From: Candidatus Poribacteria bacterium
GTDB taxonomy: Bacteria > Poribacteria > WGA-4E > WGA-3G
Assembly: GCA_965215265.1 (NCBI GenBank)
Contig: OZ244048.1
Span: forward strand, 4,549,989-4,613,988
DNA: 64,000 nucleotides
Direction of reading: 5' to 3'
Positions within the stretch are counted from its first letter, which is position 1; each line of letters starts with the position of its first letter. Positions 45,148 through 54,912 of the stretch are shown here, in pieces. Below the pieces are notes generated by a model. That model did no database searches. It was given only the letters and a program-made list of their open reading frames with translations, and was not told the origin of the DNA. The translations under genes were made by a program, and so were the position numbers.

Positions 45148-45656
45148 GTGCATTCTTCTCTTCATCTTATCTAACTCCTTGTTATTCTTTATCCCGTGAT
45201 GGAATAAACTTTATAGTCTTCTGACTAAGTTATAGAACCCAAAAAAAAACACTTTAGCTATATTATACCATAAAACAAAACGCGAAAAAAAAGCCGACTT
45301 TTTTCTCTTATATCTATCATGATACCCGCAATCTGAGAAAATTCAATTCTTTTTTTTCGAATTCCTGAAATTGAGCCTTGTATCTATTTGCAGACGAATT
45401 TAGACACAGGGCTCCAAACGACTTCGTCACACTTATAGAAACGTTATGGGTTGTAAAAGGGTTACAATACAAAAAATGTCAATCCATTTTACGGATGTTG
45501 CCTCAAACGGTTTCGGCAACTCACTTTGTAAAGTTAATTATACCTGCAATCTAAAAGAAATGTCCACTCTTTTGCTCTTATATACTTAAGTATACCACTA
45601 CCTACACTTGTTGGGGGATGGAAATATCAACCCGCTTTCCGATCTTTGTTGTGCAC

Positions 45657-46766
45657 TCAGTATGCCGCTTCGTAAAGGCTTACAAAGTCTTGCGTCTCTA
45701 GCGGATGTGGGTTAAATTGTGCGGTCCACTGCGCCGCGGCTTCTGCCGCCAATGGCGGTATTTGGCACGCTGGGATGTTAAAATCTCGCAGTCTCGACGG
45801 CAATTCGGCACGCTGTTTGAATTTGACAATGCACGCTGCTAAATCTCCGTCTGGATATAATTGGCTATACAATTCTCCTACACTCTTGCTATTGTATAGA
45901 ATAACATGTGGTAACATCAATCCGACAGCGAGTCCGTGTGTGATACCGTAGTTTGCTGTCAATGGGTTTGCGCAGGCGTGTGCGGCCCCCAGCATCGAAT
46001 GTTCAATGGCAGCCCCTGCGAGATAGGCACCGAATAACATGTTGCCGCGTGCCAGGTGCGGTGTTGCTCTAAGGCTCTGCTCAAAATTTGCTGCTAATAC
46101 CTGCCATGCACGTTCGCCGAACATCTGTGACATCGGATTGCGTTTTGTAGAAACGAAGCTTTCTATCGCATGCGCAATTGCATCAATCCCGGTAGCAGCT
46201 GCAACTGATTTTGGTAAACTTGCAGTGAGAGTCGGATCGAGAATTACGACGTTGAATATCGCCTTTTTGTCACCACACGCCATCTTGATGTGCGTTTCTG
46301 CTTGGGCTATCAGTGCGAAGGATTGCGCCTCGCTTCCTGTACCCGTCGTCGTCGGAATCCCAATAGACGGGAGCATCGGCTGAGTTGCTCTGTTTACACC
46401 CCAGTAGTCCTCCATCTTTCCCCCATTTGTGAGCAAAAAGTTGACTCCTTTCGCGCAATCCATCGCGCTGCCACCGCCGAGCCCAATAATGAGCTCTATC
46501 GGTGCGTTCGTTCTCGCAAATGCTACTGCAGCTTCAACATGCTGCGTTGTCGGATTCGGTGCAACCTGAGAAAAAACGGAGACACGAACGCTCGCTGTCT
46601 CCAACACATCTATTGCCCGTGCCGCGATGCCTGCCTGAACGATGCCAGCGTCCGTTACGAGCAGCACCCGCTTGATCCCGAAGTCCTCTGTCAATTCTGG
46701 GAGTTTCTCTAACGTATTTTCGCCAAAAATCACGCGCTGTGTGAACTCAGAATCAAACGCTTCCAT
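45657..46766 (-). CDS. Iron-containing (group III) alcohol dehydrogenase
   Basis: 369 aa. GLGGGSAMDCAKG, the GTGSE block and metal-binding histidine blocks DAIAHAIES and HACANPL. Confidence 0.9.
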   Translation of the reverse strand: MEAFDSEFTQRVIFGENTLEKLPELTEDFGIKRVLLVTDAGIVQAGIAARAIDVLETASVRVSVFSQVAPNPTTQHVEAAVAFARTNAPIELIIGLGGGSAMDCAKGVNFLLTNGGKMEDYWGVNRATQPMLPSIGIPTTTGTGSEAQSFALIAQAETHIKMACGDKKAIFNVVILDPTLTASLPKSVAAATGIDAIAHAIESFVSTKRNPMSQMFGERAWQVLAANFEQSLRATPHLARGNMLFGAYLAGAAIEHSMLGAAHACANPLTANYGITHGLAVGLMLPHVILYNSKSVGELYSQLYPDGDLAACIVKFKQRAELPSRLRDFNIPACQIPPLAAEAAAQWTAQFNPHPLETQDFVSLYEAAY

Positions 46767-46897
46767 CTTACGACCACCGTTTTACAAAACATTCTCCGAT
46801 TGAGAGAGAGTTTTTGATTCTTTCATGCTTTTGAAAAAAATCACCGCGACCCCTTCAGAAATAGCCATCAGTTATACAAAAGTTGAGTGCGGTTAAA

Positions 46898-49840
46898 CTA
46901 ATTACGTGCTTCAGGTATAACCGTGAACGTCACCCGGTTTCCATCCCGTAACACGATGACCTGAATCGGTTCTCCAATTTTCACTGCATCTAGGGCGTAG
47001 GTATAATCGTAGATGTTGGCAATCTGTTGCCCACCAAATTCAACGATGATATCTCCGCCTTTTAAGCCTGCTTTATCAGCCGGCCCTCCTGCGCGGACAC
47101 CTGAGAGTTTGACACCTGCAATTTCAGTGGTATAGTCCGGAATCGTACCTAAATAGGCACGCAGCGTATCCCGAGAACCCCCACCACCTTGGCTCCGCTC
47201 GACTTCCTGATAGTCGAGACGTTCCGGTGCAGCCGCCACGTCTAAAATGAGGCCATGTCCCAACTGAACCAGGCGCGCCATGCCCTCATAATTGAGAGTT
47301 GCCGGGTCATCGGTTGGACGGTTGTAATCCTCATGGGCACCCGTGAAGAAATTCAGTACCGGTATCTTCTTTGGATAGAAGGCTGTCACATCCGTCGGTA
47401 GGTAAGGATCAGCTTGTAGCGTCAAGTTAAAACCGACTGGCACATTCCGTTTCTCAATCAGGGCAGGCCAACCCGACGAAGAACCGACACCTTGAAGTAT
47501 CAACTTATTCTCGCGTAGTCTGCCTACCATATCAAAATTGATGTAGGCTCCAACTTTCTCTAATGGGATGCCCCCATGTTCAACGAAATAGGAGGAGCCG
47601 ATCAGCCCCAATTCTTCACCTGACCAGAGTGTGAACAGAACGCCTCTTTTAAGCTGATCACGTGATTCATTGAGCAGGGCAGCCAGCTCCAAAACAACAG
47701 CAGTACCGGAGGCGTTATCATCTGCACCGTTGTGAATCTGTCCCTCCTCGCCTTTCCGGGCTAGCGAACCGGTTTCACCGTAGCCGATGTGGTCGTAGTG
47801 TGCACCCACAATGACGTACTCTGTTTCATCGTTAGCTTCCACTGCCGGAAGCAAGGCGACCACGTTCCTATCCTTTTTCTTTACCTTCTCAATAGAAACC
47901 GTGATTTTGACCTTCACATCTGGAAGCGCAAATTGTCCGACAAAGTGTGGATTTTCCTGATCGAGCTCGGATTGGATCGCTTTTAATTCTTTCCCCGAAG
48001 GTGCGAAGAGCTCTTTTGCTACAGTATTAGTAATCGATGCAGCGACAATCCCTGAATCGGCCAGGCTGCTATCAAACTTCAGGGGAATGAGTTCACCGGC
48101 GTTAGGAGAATTCGGACCAGCAACCACCAGAAACGCCTTTGCGCCATGTTCGCGTGCCTGCATCGCCTTATAACGTAAACCTGCATAACGATTCAGTTGC
48201 TGCCGGCGCTCAGATGAGACATCTTCTGGGACATAACGCAGGGCAACAACTATTTTGTCTTTCACGTCTATGCCAGCATACGCGTCGTATCCTTCGCCTA
48301 TTTTTCCAGGAACCGAGAACCCGTATCCGACAAACACAACCTCACCCTCAACCACACCGTTGCGTGAGAAGGAGAGCGGCACAAAATGTGTTTCTACATC
48401 GAATTCTGTCACGGTTTCGGCATCTCCGCCACGTTTTGTTATCAAAAACCGGTTTTCATTCGGAATAATCTTCCTGCCGGCAGTGTATTCAAATGTCTGA
48501 AAGTAGCTTCCTGCATCACCGTAAGGTTTCAGGTTAAGCTGCTTGAACTGTGCAGCGATATAATCTGCTGCTTGTTTGGCCCCCTCGGAGCCGGTCATCC
48601 TGCCTTCAAGTGCATCGGAAGCGAGAAATTCGACGTGCTTTTGAATGTTAAGCTTCGCATCTCGTGCGGGCCCTGGTTTACTTAGATCTGCTTTTGGCTT
48701 TTGAGTTTCGGGTGCTGCTGCAAGTGCTGCTAAGGCTGCTTCGTGATTCCACTCAGCGAGATAGAGTTGTGAGATGCCTTGGCTGTTCCGATTGGATGTC
48801 CAGCACAACTTGTTCCCATCAGGCGAGAAAACCGGGAGCCCATCAAAGCCATCTTTATATGTCACGCGAATCGGTTCGTGTCGGCCTGCAGCATCAACGA
48901 GGTACAACTCAAAGTTGGAAAAACCTAATTTATTTGAGGCAAAAATTACGTAATTTCCAGAGGGGTGGAAATAGGGTGCCCAAGACATGCTGTCAAAGTC
49001 AGTGAGCCGTCGCACGCCGGTACCGTCCAGCCGCATCGTGTAGATATCCGCCTCGCTGCCATCCGCTGTGAAATGCCGCCACACGATGTGCTGACCGTCC
49101 GGGGTAAAGAACGGACCGCCGTCGTAACCCGGCCAATCCGTCAGACGTTGCTGATCCGAACCGTCTGCGTTCATTAGGTAAATCTCCCCGAAATACGCTG
49201 GATCTATTTCTAACTGTTTCAATTCCTTCGGTGTCAGCTGGCTTTTCGGATAGGCATGACGCAGTGAGCAGAAAACGATACGTTTGCCATCCGGAGAATA
49301 GGATGCCTCTGCATCGTAGCCTGGTGCAGTTGTCAGCTGCTTGAGGTCGCTGCCATTACGATTTGCAGAGAAGATATCCATCGCTTCATCGTAATCCCAA
49401 CTGTAACGCCGCGTTTTCCCAGAGCTCCGGAACGCCAATTCCTCTTCCTGCTTCGCCGTTGCAAATCTATCGTGATGCGTTGAGGCGTAAAGCACCTCCT
49501 CACTGCCGGGGCGAAAGAATGCGCACGTTGTTTTTCCGTATCCAGGTGAGACGCGATGCGTAGCACCGCTCAACAAATCTAACAGATAAATTTGATAGAA
49601 CGGATTATCCGGTTCGCGTTCGCTCTGGAAAATCAGCGAATTGCCGTCTTGTGAAAAATAACCCTCGCCGGCACGTTTGCCTGCATAAGTCAACTGCCGG
49701 ATGTTGCTGAGCAAGTTTGACTCTTCGGCATGCACGTTCGCATCTTTACTTAGAAATGCTGCAGCACACATCGCACACAAAAAAAATATCCACGTATTTG
49801 GGCCGGTCGTCCGGCCCGTCATTCCGCTCACGAATCGCAT
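46898..49840 (-). CDS. Multidomain exported peptidase: TolB-like beta-propeller + PA domain + M28 aminopeptidase + C-terminal PDZ
   Basis: 980 aa. The N-terminal half has repeated PxFSPDG / YSPDGKRIVF propeller blades. The middle has a PA-like insert, M28 blocks VGAHYDHIG, GADDNASG and SGEELGLIGS. The C-terminus has a PDZ block, GPADKAGLKGGDIIVEFGG. Confidence 0.8.
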   Translation of the reverse strand: MRFVSGMTGRTTGPNTWIFFLCAMCAAAFLSKDANVHAEESNLLSNIRQLTYAGKRAGEGYFSQDGNSLIFQSEREPDNPFYQIYLLDLLSGATHRVSPGYGKTTCAFFRPGSEEVLYASTHHDRFATAKQEEELAFRSSGKTRRYSWDYDEAMDIFSANRNGSDLKQLTTAPGYDAEASYSPDGKRIVFCSLRHAYPKSQLTPKELKQLEIDPAYFGEIYLMNADGSDQQRLTDWPGYDGGPFFTPDGQHIVWRHFTADGSEADIYTMRLDGTGVRRLTDFDSMSWAPYFHPSGNYVIFASNKLGFSNFELYLVDAAGRHEPIRVTYKDGFDGLPVFSPDGNKLCWTSNRNSQGISQLYLAEWNHEAALAALAAAPETQKPKADLSKPGPARDAKLNIQKHVEFLASDALEGRMTGSEGAKQAADYIAAQFKQLNLKPYGDAGSYFQTFEYTAGRKIIPNENRFLITKRGGDAETVTEFDVETHFVPLSFSRNGVVEGEVVFVGYGFSVPGKIGEGYDAYAGIDVKDKIVVALRYVPEDVSSERRQQLNRYAGLRYKAMQAREHGAKAFLVVAGPNSPNAGELIPLKFDSSLADSGIVAASITNTVAKELFAPSGKELKAIQSELDQENPHFVGQFALPDVKVKITVSIEKVKKKDRNVVALLPAVEANDETEYVIVGAHYDHIGYGETGSLARKGEEGQIHNGADDNASGTAVVLELAALLNESRDQLKRGVLFTLWSGEELGLIGSSYFVEHGGIPLEKVGAYINFDMVGRLRENKLILQGVGSSSGWPALIEKRNVPVGFNLTLQADPYLPTDVTAFYPKKIPVLNFFTGAHEDYNRPTDDPATLNYEGMARLVQLGHGLILDVAAAPERLDYQEVERSQGGGGSRDTLRAYLGTIPDYTTEIAGVKLSGVRAGGPADKAGLKGGDIIVEFGGQQIANIYDYTYALDAVKIGEPIQVIVLRDGNRVTFTVIPEARN

Positions 49841-49868
49841 GTTCTAGCTCCTCTTGTAGTTCTTCATG

Positions 49869-50720
49869 CTACAGGTACTCCGCTGCCATCTCTTTGAGGA
49901 ACGCCAGCCCGTCTGTTGCGAGGCTCTCCGCACTGGGGGCGATGTCGCGCCAAATGCATGTGGCGGCGGCAATCTCTTTGACAGCCGGGGTAAACGACTC
50001 AATGACTAACCACCTATCATAATTAAGGCTGCCAAGTGCACCAAAAACCTCTGGCCAATTCACCAGCCCTGTGCCGGGGGTGCCCCGGTCGTTTTCACAG
50101 CAATGGACGTGATGCAGAAAATCGCCTGTTTCTTGTATCGCCTTCCCTTGATTCTTTTCCTCAATGTTCATGTGGAACGTATCGAGATGTACTTTAAAGT
50201 ACGGGCTTTTAACCGCCTCTGCGAGTTTGACTGCATCTTCGGCAATATTGACAAAGTAAGTTTCAAACCGGTTGAGCGGTTCACTGGCAAGCGTTACGCC
50301 ATGTTTGCCTGCAAATTCAGAGACTTCTTGCAGACCTGCAACGCACCAATCCCACTCCTGCTGGTTTCTTGCGCGTCCGACCAGTTTTCCGACTGCACTA
50401 TACATAGGTCCAACGTATGTATCGCCGCCTAACTCTGCAATAATTTCAATTGCACGTTTTAGGTAAACTTTCGCATTTTCGCGAATCGCCGGGTCTTCGT
50501 CTATTGGGTTTCTATCGGGGCTCATGATATTGCAGCCGATCGCTTGCAGTCCTGTCTGTTTGAGAACTGCTTGCGTATACGGAATATCGACGGTTTCCGG
50601 GTCAAAAATTGGAATTTCAACGCCATCAAACCCCATTTCGGCGACTTTCGGAATCAGTTCCACCGTTTCCCGGTCAAACTTATCCGCCCAGAGTAGTAAA
50701 TTAACACCAAATTTTGGCAT
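49869..50720 (-). CDS. Sugar phosphate isomerase/epimerase (xylose isomerase-like TIM barrel)
   Basis: 283 aa. MGFDGVEIPIF, HLDTFHMNIEE and HVHCCENDRGTPG are typical of ketose 3-epimerase-like AP_endonuc_2 proteins. Confidence 0.82.
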   Translation of the reverse strand: MPKFGVNLLLWADKFDRETVELIPKVAEMGFDGVEIPIFDPETVDIPYTQAVLKQTGLQAIGCNIMSPDRNPIDEDPAIRENAKVYLKRAIEIIAELGGDTYVGPMYSAVGKLVGRARNQQEWDWCVAGLQEVSEFAGKHGVTLASEPLNRFETYFVNIAEDAVKLAEAVKSPYFKVHLDTFHMNIEEKNQGKAIQETGDFLHHVHCCENDRGTPGTGLVNWPEVFGALGSLNYDRWLVIESFTPAVKEIAAATCIWRDIAPSAESLATDGLAFLKEMAAEYL

Positions 50721-50890
50721 TCTTTTTCGTGCTCCTTATTGAGTCTTTTACTTCACTTAATGTAATATAGCATAAATCGCGAAGGATTTCAAGGGTATTT
50801 GGCCCTCTTTTTCTGTTCCGAGATTTTAAAGGGCATACTCTCAAAAGATAAGGAAGGTACTGTTCGTGTGCTTGTGTTGTATCTGTATCG

Positions 50891-52276
50891 CTATTTGTTA
50901 GTCGAGGCAAATAGGTATTTCCGTGACAATACTGTCAGGGATACGCCGCGTGCGATGAGGAGCACGGTCAGCGCTCCCCACAGCCCATGATTCCCGAACG
51001 GGCTCAACAGATAAACAGCACCTAAGAAGAGCAGCGTTGAGAGGATAACTGAATTTCGTAAAGCTTTAGACGCAGTGGCCCCGAGGAAAATGCCATCCCA
51101 AATGTAGGCGGCGACGTTGATGACCGGTGCAACAACAATCCAAAACAGATAAGGTTTCGCTCGCGTCACCAACTCGGTTTGCGTCGTGAAAGACCTGAGT
51201 AAAGGTTCCGCAAACAGACCAAAAAGCAACATTAAGCACAACCCGAATAGAAATGCCCAGGAGAAGACCGTGCGTGTTGTCCGTTTCAAGTTCTGCATAT
51301 CGCGCGCCCCTTTGTACTTGCCGACGAGGCTCTCCGCAGCGAAAGCGAAACCGTCAATTGCATAGGACATAAGATTAATAAATTGAAGCAGGATCGTGTT
51401 AATTGCTAACACAGTATCACTCAAGCCAGCAGATTTGGCGGTGAAAAAAGCGTGACTAAAAACGAGACAACTCGTGCGGATGAAGATGTCGCTGCTAATG
51501 TATACGAATCTCTTAAGTTTAGACGGTGCGAGAACAGCGCGCAGGTCTGCCCCGCTAACGAGGCTCCAATAACGCGTAAAAAATAGAATAACTGCCAAGA
51601 GTAGGCCGATATACTGTGCGATGACGGTTGCCAAAGCGATGCCATCTATGTCCATACCGAAGAATTTAATAAACAGTAGATTCAGTCCTATGTTCACGCA
51701 GTTAACGAGAATCGTTAATAGCATCGGATAGTGTGCATTCTGTAAACCCAAAAAAACGCCGTGGAACGCGTGTAGGCAAAGTGTCGCAGGGGCGGCAGCG
51801 ATGCGGATGTGAAAATAGACACGAGCCAGCCGTTCAACTTCCGTGCTGGCATCAATCAAGGCGAAACTGATATCCGCAAATAAGCGTTGAAGAACGAGCA
51901 GCAGAATGCTGCCTGTTAGTGCGATGAGAAGCCCTCGCATCAGTAAATGTCCGCACTCCGGTTTATCTTTTTTCCCGAATGCTTGGGCAACGAGTCCTGT
52001 CATCGCCATTCTCAGGAACCCAAAGCCCCAATAGATAAAACTGAAGATAACGCCCCCGATGCCGACAGCACCGAGGTAGTATTCGGAACCCAACCGCCCC
52101 ATCAGTGCTGTGTCAACAGCACCCAAGAGAGGTATAGAGAAATTGCTAAGGATATTTGGAATCGCGAGACGGACAATCTGCTTATTGAGACTTTCAGGTT
52201 TGTGCATCGGTTTTTCCGTTCGGTTGTGTTCTATTTCTGTTACGCACAATTTACCTGAAATGCCGATGAAACGCAA
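50891..52276 (-). CDS. MATE family efflux transporter (DinF-like)
   Basis: About 12 TM segments. IVRLAIPNILSNFSIPLLGAVDTALMGRLG is a MATE N-terminal signature. The likely true start is MHKPES (ATG at 52207). Confidence 0.85.
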   Translation of the reverse strand: MRFIGISGKLCVTEIEHNRTEKPMHKPESLNKQIVRLAIPNILSNFSIPLLGAVDTALMGRLGSEYYLGAVGIGGVIFSFIYWGFGFLRMAMTGLVAQAFGKKDKPECGHLLMRGLLIALTGSILLLVLQRLFADISFALIDASTEVERLARVYFHIRIAAAPATLCLHAFHGVFLGLQNAHYPMLLTILVNCVNIGLNLLFIKFFGMDIDGIALATVIAQYIGLLLAVILFFTRYWSLVSGADLRAVLAPSKLKRFVYISSDIFIRTSCLVFSHAFFTAKSAGLSDTVLAINTILLQFINLMSYAIDGFAFAAESLVGKYKGARDMQNLKRTTRTVFSWAFLFGLCLMLLFGLFAEPLLRSFTTQTELVTRAKPYLFWIVVAPVINVAAYIWDGIFLGATASKALRNSVILSTLLFLGAVYLLSPFGNHGLWGALTVLLIARGVSLTVLSRKYLFASTNK

Positions 52277-52435
52277 GCAGGGCTATTTAGTTTTCGGTTT
52301 CTCGAAACAGCCCGGGAAAATACCAATGCTAAAAAACTACAAACGAAGCTGTGCTGAAGAAAATTCTTAGATTCTGAAACCAACTATAAAAATTCTTTTG
52401 CAATTTCGGGTAAAATTCGCTATACTATTATAACA

Positions 52436-53332
52436 ATGAAAGATTGGTGTTATGAATTTGCCACCAAAATGATCGGAGCATTCGTCCGTTGTTTGCCGCA
52501 TTCGGTTGCATTAGTTGTCGGCGGTTTCTTAGGACGGCTAGGCTTCTGGTTGGCAGCTCGGGAACGCACGGTTGCATGTACACAACTGGAACGGAGCCTG
52601 AACTTATCGGATGGCCAGCACGTCCGTTTTCTGGTGAAGAGATGCTTTGAAAACCTTGGGAAGACAGCGATTGAATTCCTACGGTTTCCGCGGATGAGTG
52701 CTAGAGATTTTCAGGAATATGTCAGGTTTGAAGGTGTGTCGCATGTGAAAGATGCGCTCGCGCGTGGGAAGGGTGCTATTATCCTGAGCGCGCACTTCGG
52801 GAATTGGGAGCTGCTTGCAGCAAGCTTCTCGGCACATGTCGCCCCACTGACACCGATTGTCCGCGAATTGCGTTCAGTGCGTTTAAACGCGTTGGTGCAA
52901 GCCTATCGTGCAGAGGCGGGGTATGTAACGATTGACAGAACCCGCGGCTTGCGACACGCACTTCGATGCCTTAAACGCAATGAATTGATTGGAATTGTCG
53001 CAGATGTCGATACTCGCGTTAACGGTGTGTTCGTTGACTTTTTCGGGCGGCTCGCCTATACCCCATACAGTCCCGTGGCAATCGCACTCAAAACCGGCGC
53101 GGCGATACTACCGGCTTTTATTGTCCGTCAATCCGACGGAAGTCACCGGGCAATTATTGAACCACCCCTGGCGCTGCAACGCACCGACGGGAGAGAACTA
53201 GAACTTGTTATTAATACGCAAAAATTTACCAAAATTATTGAAGCATACATCCTTCAATATCCAGAACAGTGGATTTGGATGCATGAACGGTGGAAAACCC
53301 GTCCTAACGCCGAACGGAAGCAGGCATGCTAA
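52436..53332 (+). CDS. Lipid A biosynthesis (Kdo2-lipid IVA) acyltransferase family protein
   Basis: 298 aa. The acyltransferase H-box is ILSAHFGNWE. PEQWIWMHERWK is the conserved LpxL/LpxM-family C-terminus. Confidence 0.8.
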   Translation: MKDWCYEFATKMIGAFVRCLPHSVALVVGGFLGRLGFWLAARERTVACTQLERSLNLSDGQHVRFLVKRCFENLGKTAIEFLRFPRMSARDFQEYVRFEGVSHVKDALARGKGAIILSAHFGNWELLAASFSAHVAPLTPIVRELRSVRLNALVQAYRAEAGYVTIDRTRGLRHALRCLKRNELIGIVADVDTRVNGVFVDFFGRLAYTPYSPVAIALKTGAAILPAFIVRQSDGSHRAIIEPPLALQRTDGRELELVINTQKFTKIIEAYILQYPEQWIWMHERWKTRPNAERKQAC

Positions 53333-53333
53333 G

Positions 53334-53885
53334 ATGCACTTATCTGTACTCTGGTTAAGCATCTGCCTTGTTTCCTTGCTATCCATAAGCTGCAGGGATA
53401 CGGAAAAACCGGTCGCTGAACCGGTTGCGGGTACACCCGGGCAAAAACTCGACAGGTTTTCTACGCAACACACCGAAGCCGGTACACTCAAATGGACGTT
53501 AGTGGGTGAGGCTGCGGCTTCTTTTCAGCAGGATTTTGTTGAAGTGGACAATCCGACGGTCGAAATTTTTGAGGACGGTAACGTTTCTATAAAACTAACG
53601 AGTAAAAAGGGGATCCATTTTCTGAGAGGTACTGAGAAAGACAACTTGCATCTATCCGGGAATGTCGTCGGAATGAGTAATGATGGCGAATTATATACGG
53701 AAGAACTACATTGGCTCAACCGCACAGGCTTATTATACGCACCCAATCAGGCAACAGTTGTGCGGGGCGATTCCACTTGGACCGGGGTTAAAATGCAAGC
53801 AAATCCGACACTTGAAACAGTCAAAATGGAAAAAAATCAATTCAAAATTTATACAAAAGATGAGAAAATAGATGAATTACAGTAG
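53334..53885 (+). CDS. lptC: LptC-like LPS export periplasmic protein
   Basis: I prefer the ATG at 53334, 2 nt after the upstream stop; the ORF track begins at 53205 inside the previous gene. The N-terminus is lipoprotein or anchor-like (LSVLWLSICLVSLLSISC). It has an OstA/LptC-like beta-jellyroll sequence. It sits before lptA-lptB. Confidence 0.65.
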   Translation: MHLSVLWLSICLVSLLSISCRDTEKPVAEPVAGTPGQKLDRFSTQHTEAGTLKWTLVGEAAASFQQDFVEVDNPTVEIFEDGNVSIKLTSKKGIHFLRGTEKDNLHLSGNVVGMSNDGELYTEELHWLNRTGLLYAPNQATVVRGDSTWTGVKMQANPTLETVKMEKNQFKIYTKDEKIDELQ

Positions 53886-54912
53886 CATTCAGAAGGCTTG
53901 CGAATTACGGTACATTAAAAAAGGCAATACCCGGCATTTCTCTTATTACCTATGTCTCTTATGTCTCTTTGTGGGTTCTGTGGTCCTCACAGCGCTGGCA
54001 GAAGATACAGCAGCGCCCGAAAATAGCGACGAAGTTATTCAAATTGAAACCGAAACCCCGTCTGAAGAGACAGAAGAGAAAGCTGATGTTCCAGAGAATG
54101 ATGGTAAAGCTGATGAAAAAAATAGTGATGGCAGTCCGCCACCACAAAAAACAGACAGGCAAACGGGGACACCTGAAACTGGAACGGACGAGGCAGATGA
54201 AGAAGGTGAAGAAATTAACGGCAGTGCAGACAATCTGGAAAGATATGAAAAAGACGGCATAACAATTCTTACGGGAAACGTCAAAATCTTACGCACCAAC
54301 GGCTACTTGCACGCGGATAAGGTGACTTTTTATACTGAACCAGAAACAGACACAACGGTCCGGACAGTTGCAGAAAGCAACGTCGAAATTCGAGATGCAG
54401 AGCTCTTTGCAACATGTGAACATGCTACCATGGACCATCTCACAAACACAATTATCCTCAAAGAGGACGTGGTGGTGATTCAAAATAAAGATAGACTGGA
54501 AACGACGCTTTTCACCTATAATAGAACGACCGGAAAACAGTTTGCCGAAGGGAATGTTAAGTTTAAGGTTCGAGTTACAGAAGCGGAACCGGTGCCTGCA
54601 GAAGAGACACAGACAGAGACAGGCGAAGAGAGCGACGGTGCTAGTGGAGACACACCGCTATCAGTAACAGATGAAGAAGACAAAGAACGCACAGAAGATG
54701 AGAAAGGGCAAAGTGACGAAACAGCGACAGAAAAAAAAGTGGAAACTCCTGAAAATGCTAATGAGCAGGACGGACAAGAAAACGGAGATGGCAACGCCGG
54801 GAAAGAAGACGGTGAAAACCCGCCAGAAGCAGACGAAGATTCGGAAACTTCTGGAGAAGAGAGCGAAGCTCAAGATGAAAAGCCTGAAGAGGAGGCAACG
54901 GAGCAAGATTAG
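53872..54912 (+). CDS. lptA: LptA/OstA-like protein with long acidic N- and C-terminal extensions
   Basis: The central OstA_N-like core is DNLERYEKDGITILTGNVKILRTNGYLHADKVTFY...NVEIRD...LKEDVVVIQNKDRLET...GNVKFKV. It is flanked by low-complexity tails rich in E, D, T and G. Confidence 0.65.
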   Translation: MNYSSIQKACELRYIKKGNTRHFSYYLCLLCLFVGSVVLTALAEDTAAPENSDEVIQIETETPSEETEEKADVPENDGKADEKNSDGSPPPQKTDRQTGTPETGTDEADEEGEEINGSADNLERYEKDGITILTGNVKILRTNGYLHADKVTFYTEPETDTTVRTVAESNVEIRDAELFATCEHATMDHLTNTIILKEDVVVIQNKDRLETTLFTYNRTTGKQFAEGNVKFKVRVTEAEPVPAEETQTETGEESDGASGDTPLSVTDEEDKERTEDEKGQSDETATEKKVETPENANEQDGQENGDGNAGKEDGENPPEADEDSETSGEESEAQDEKPEEEATEQD

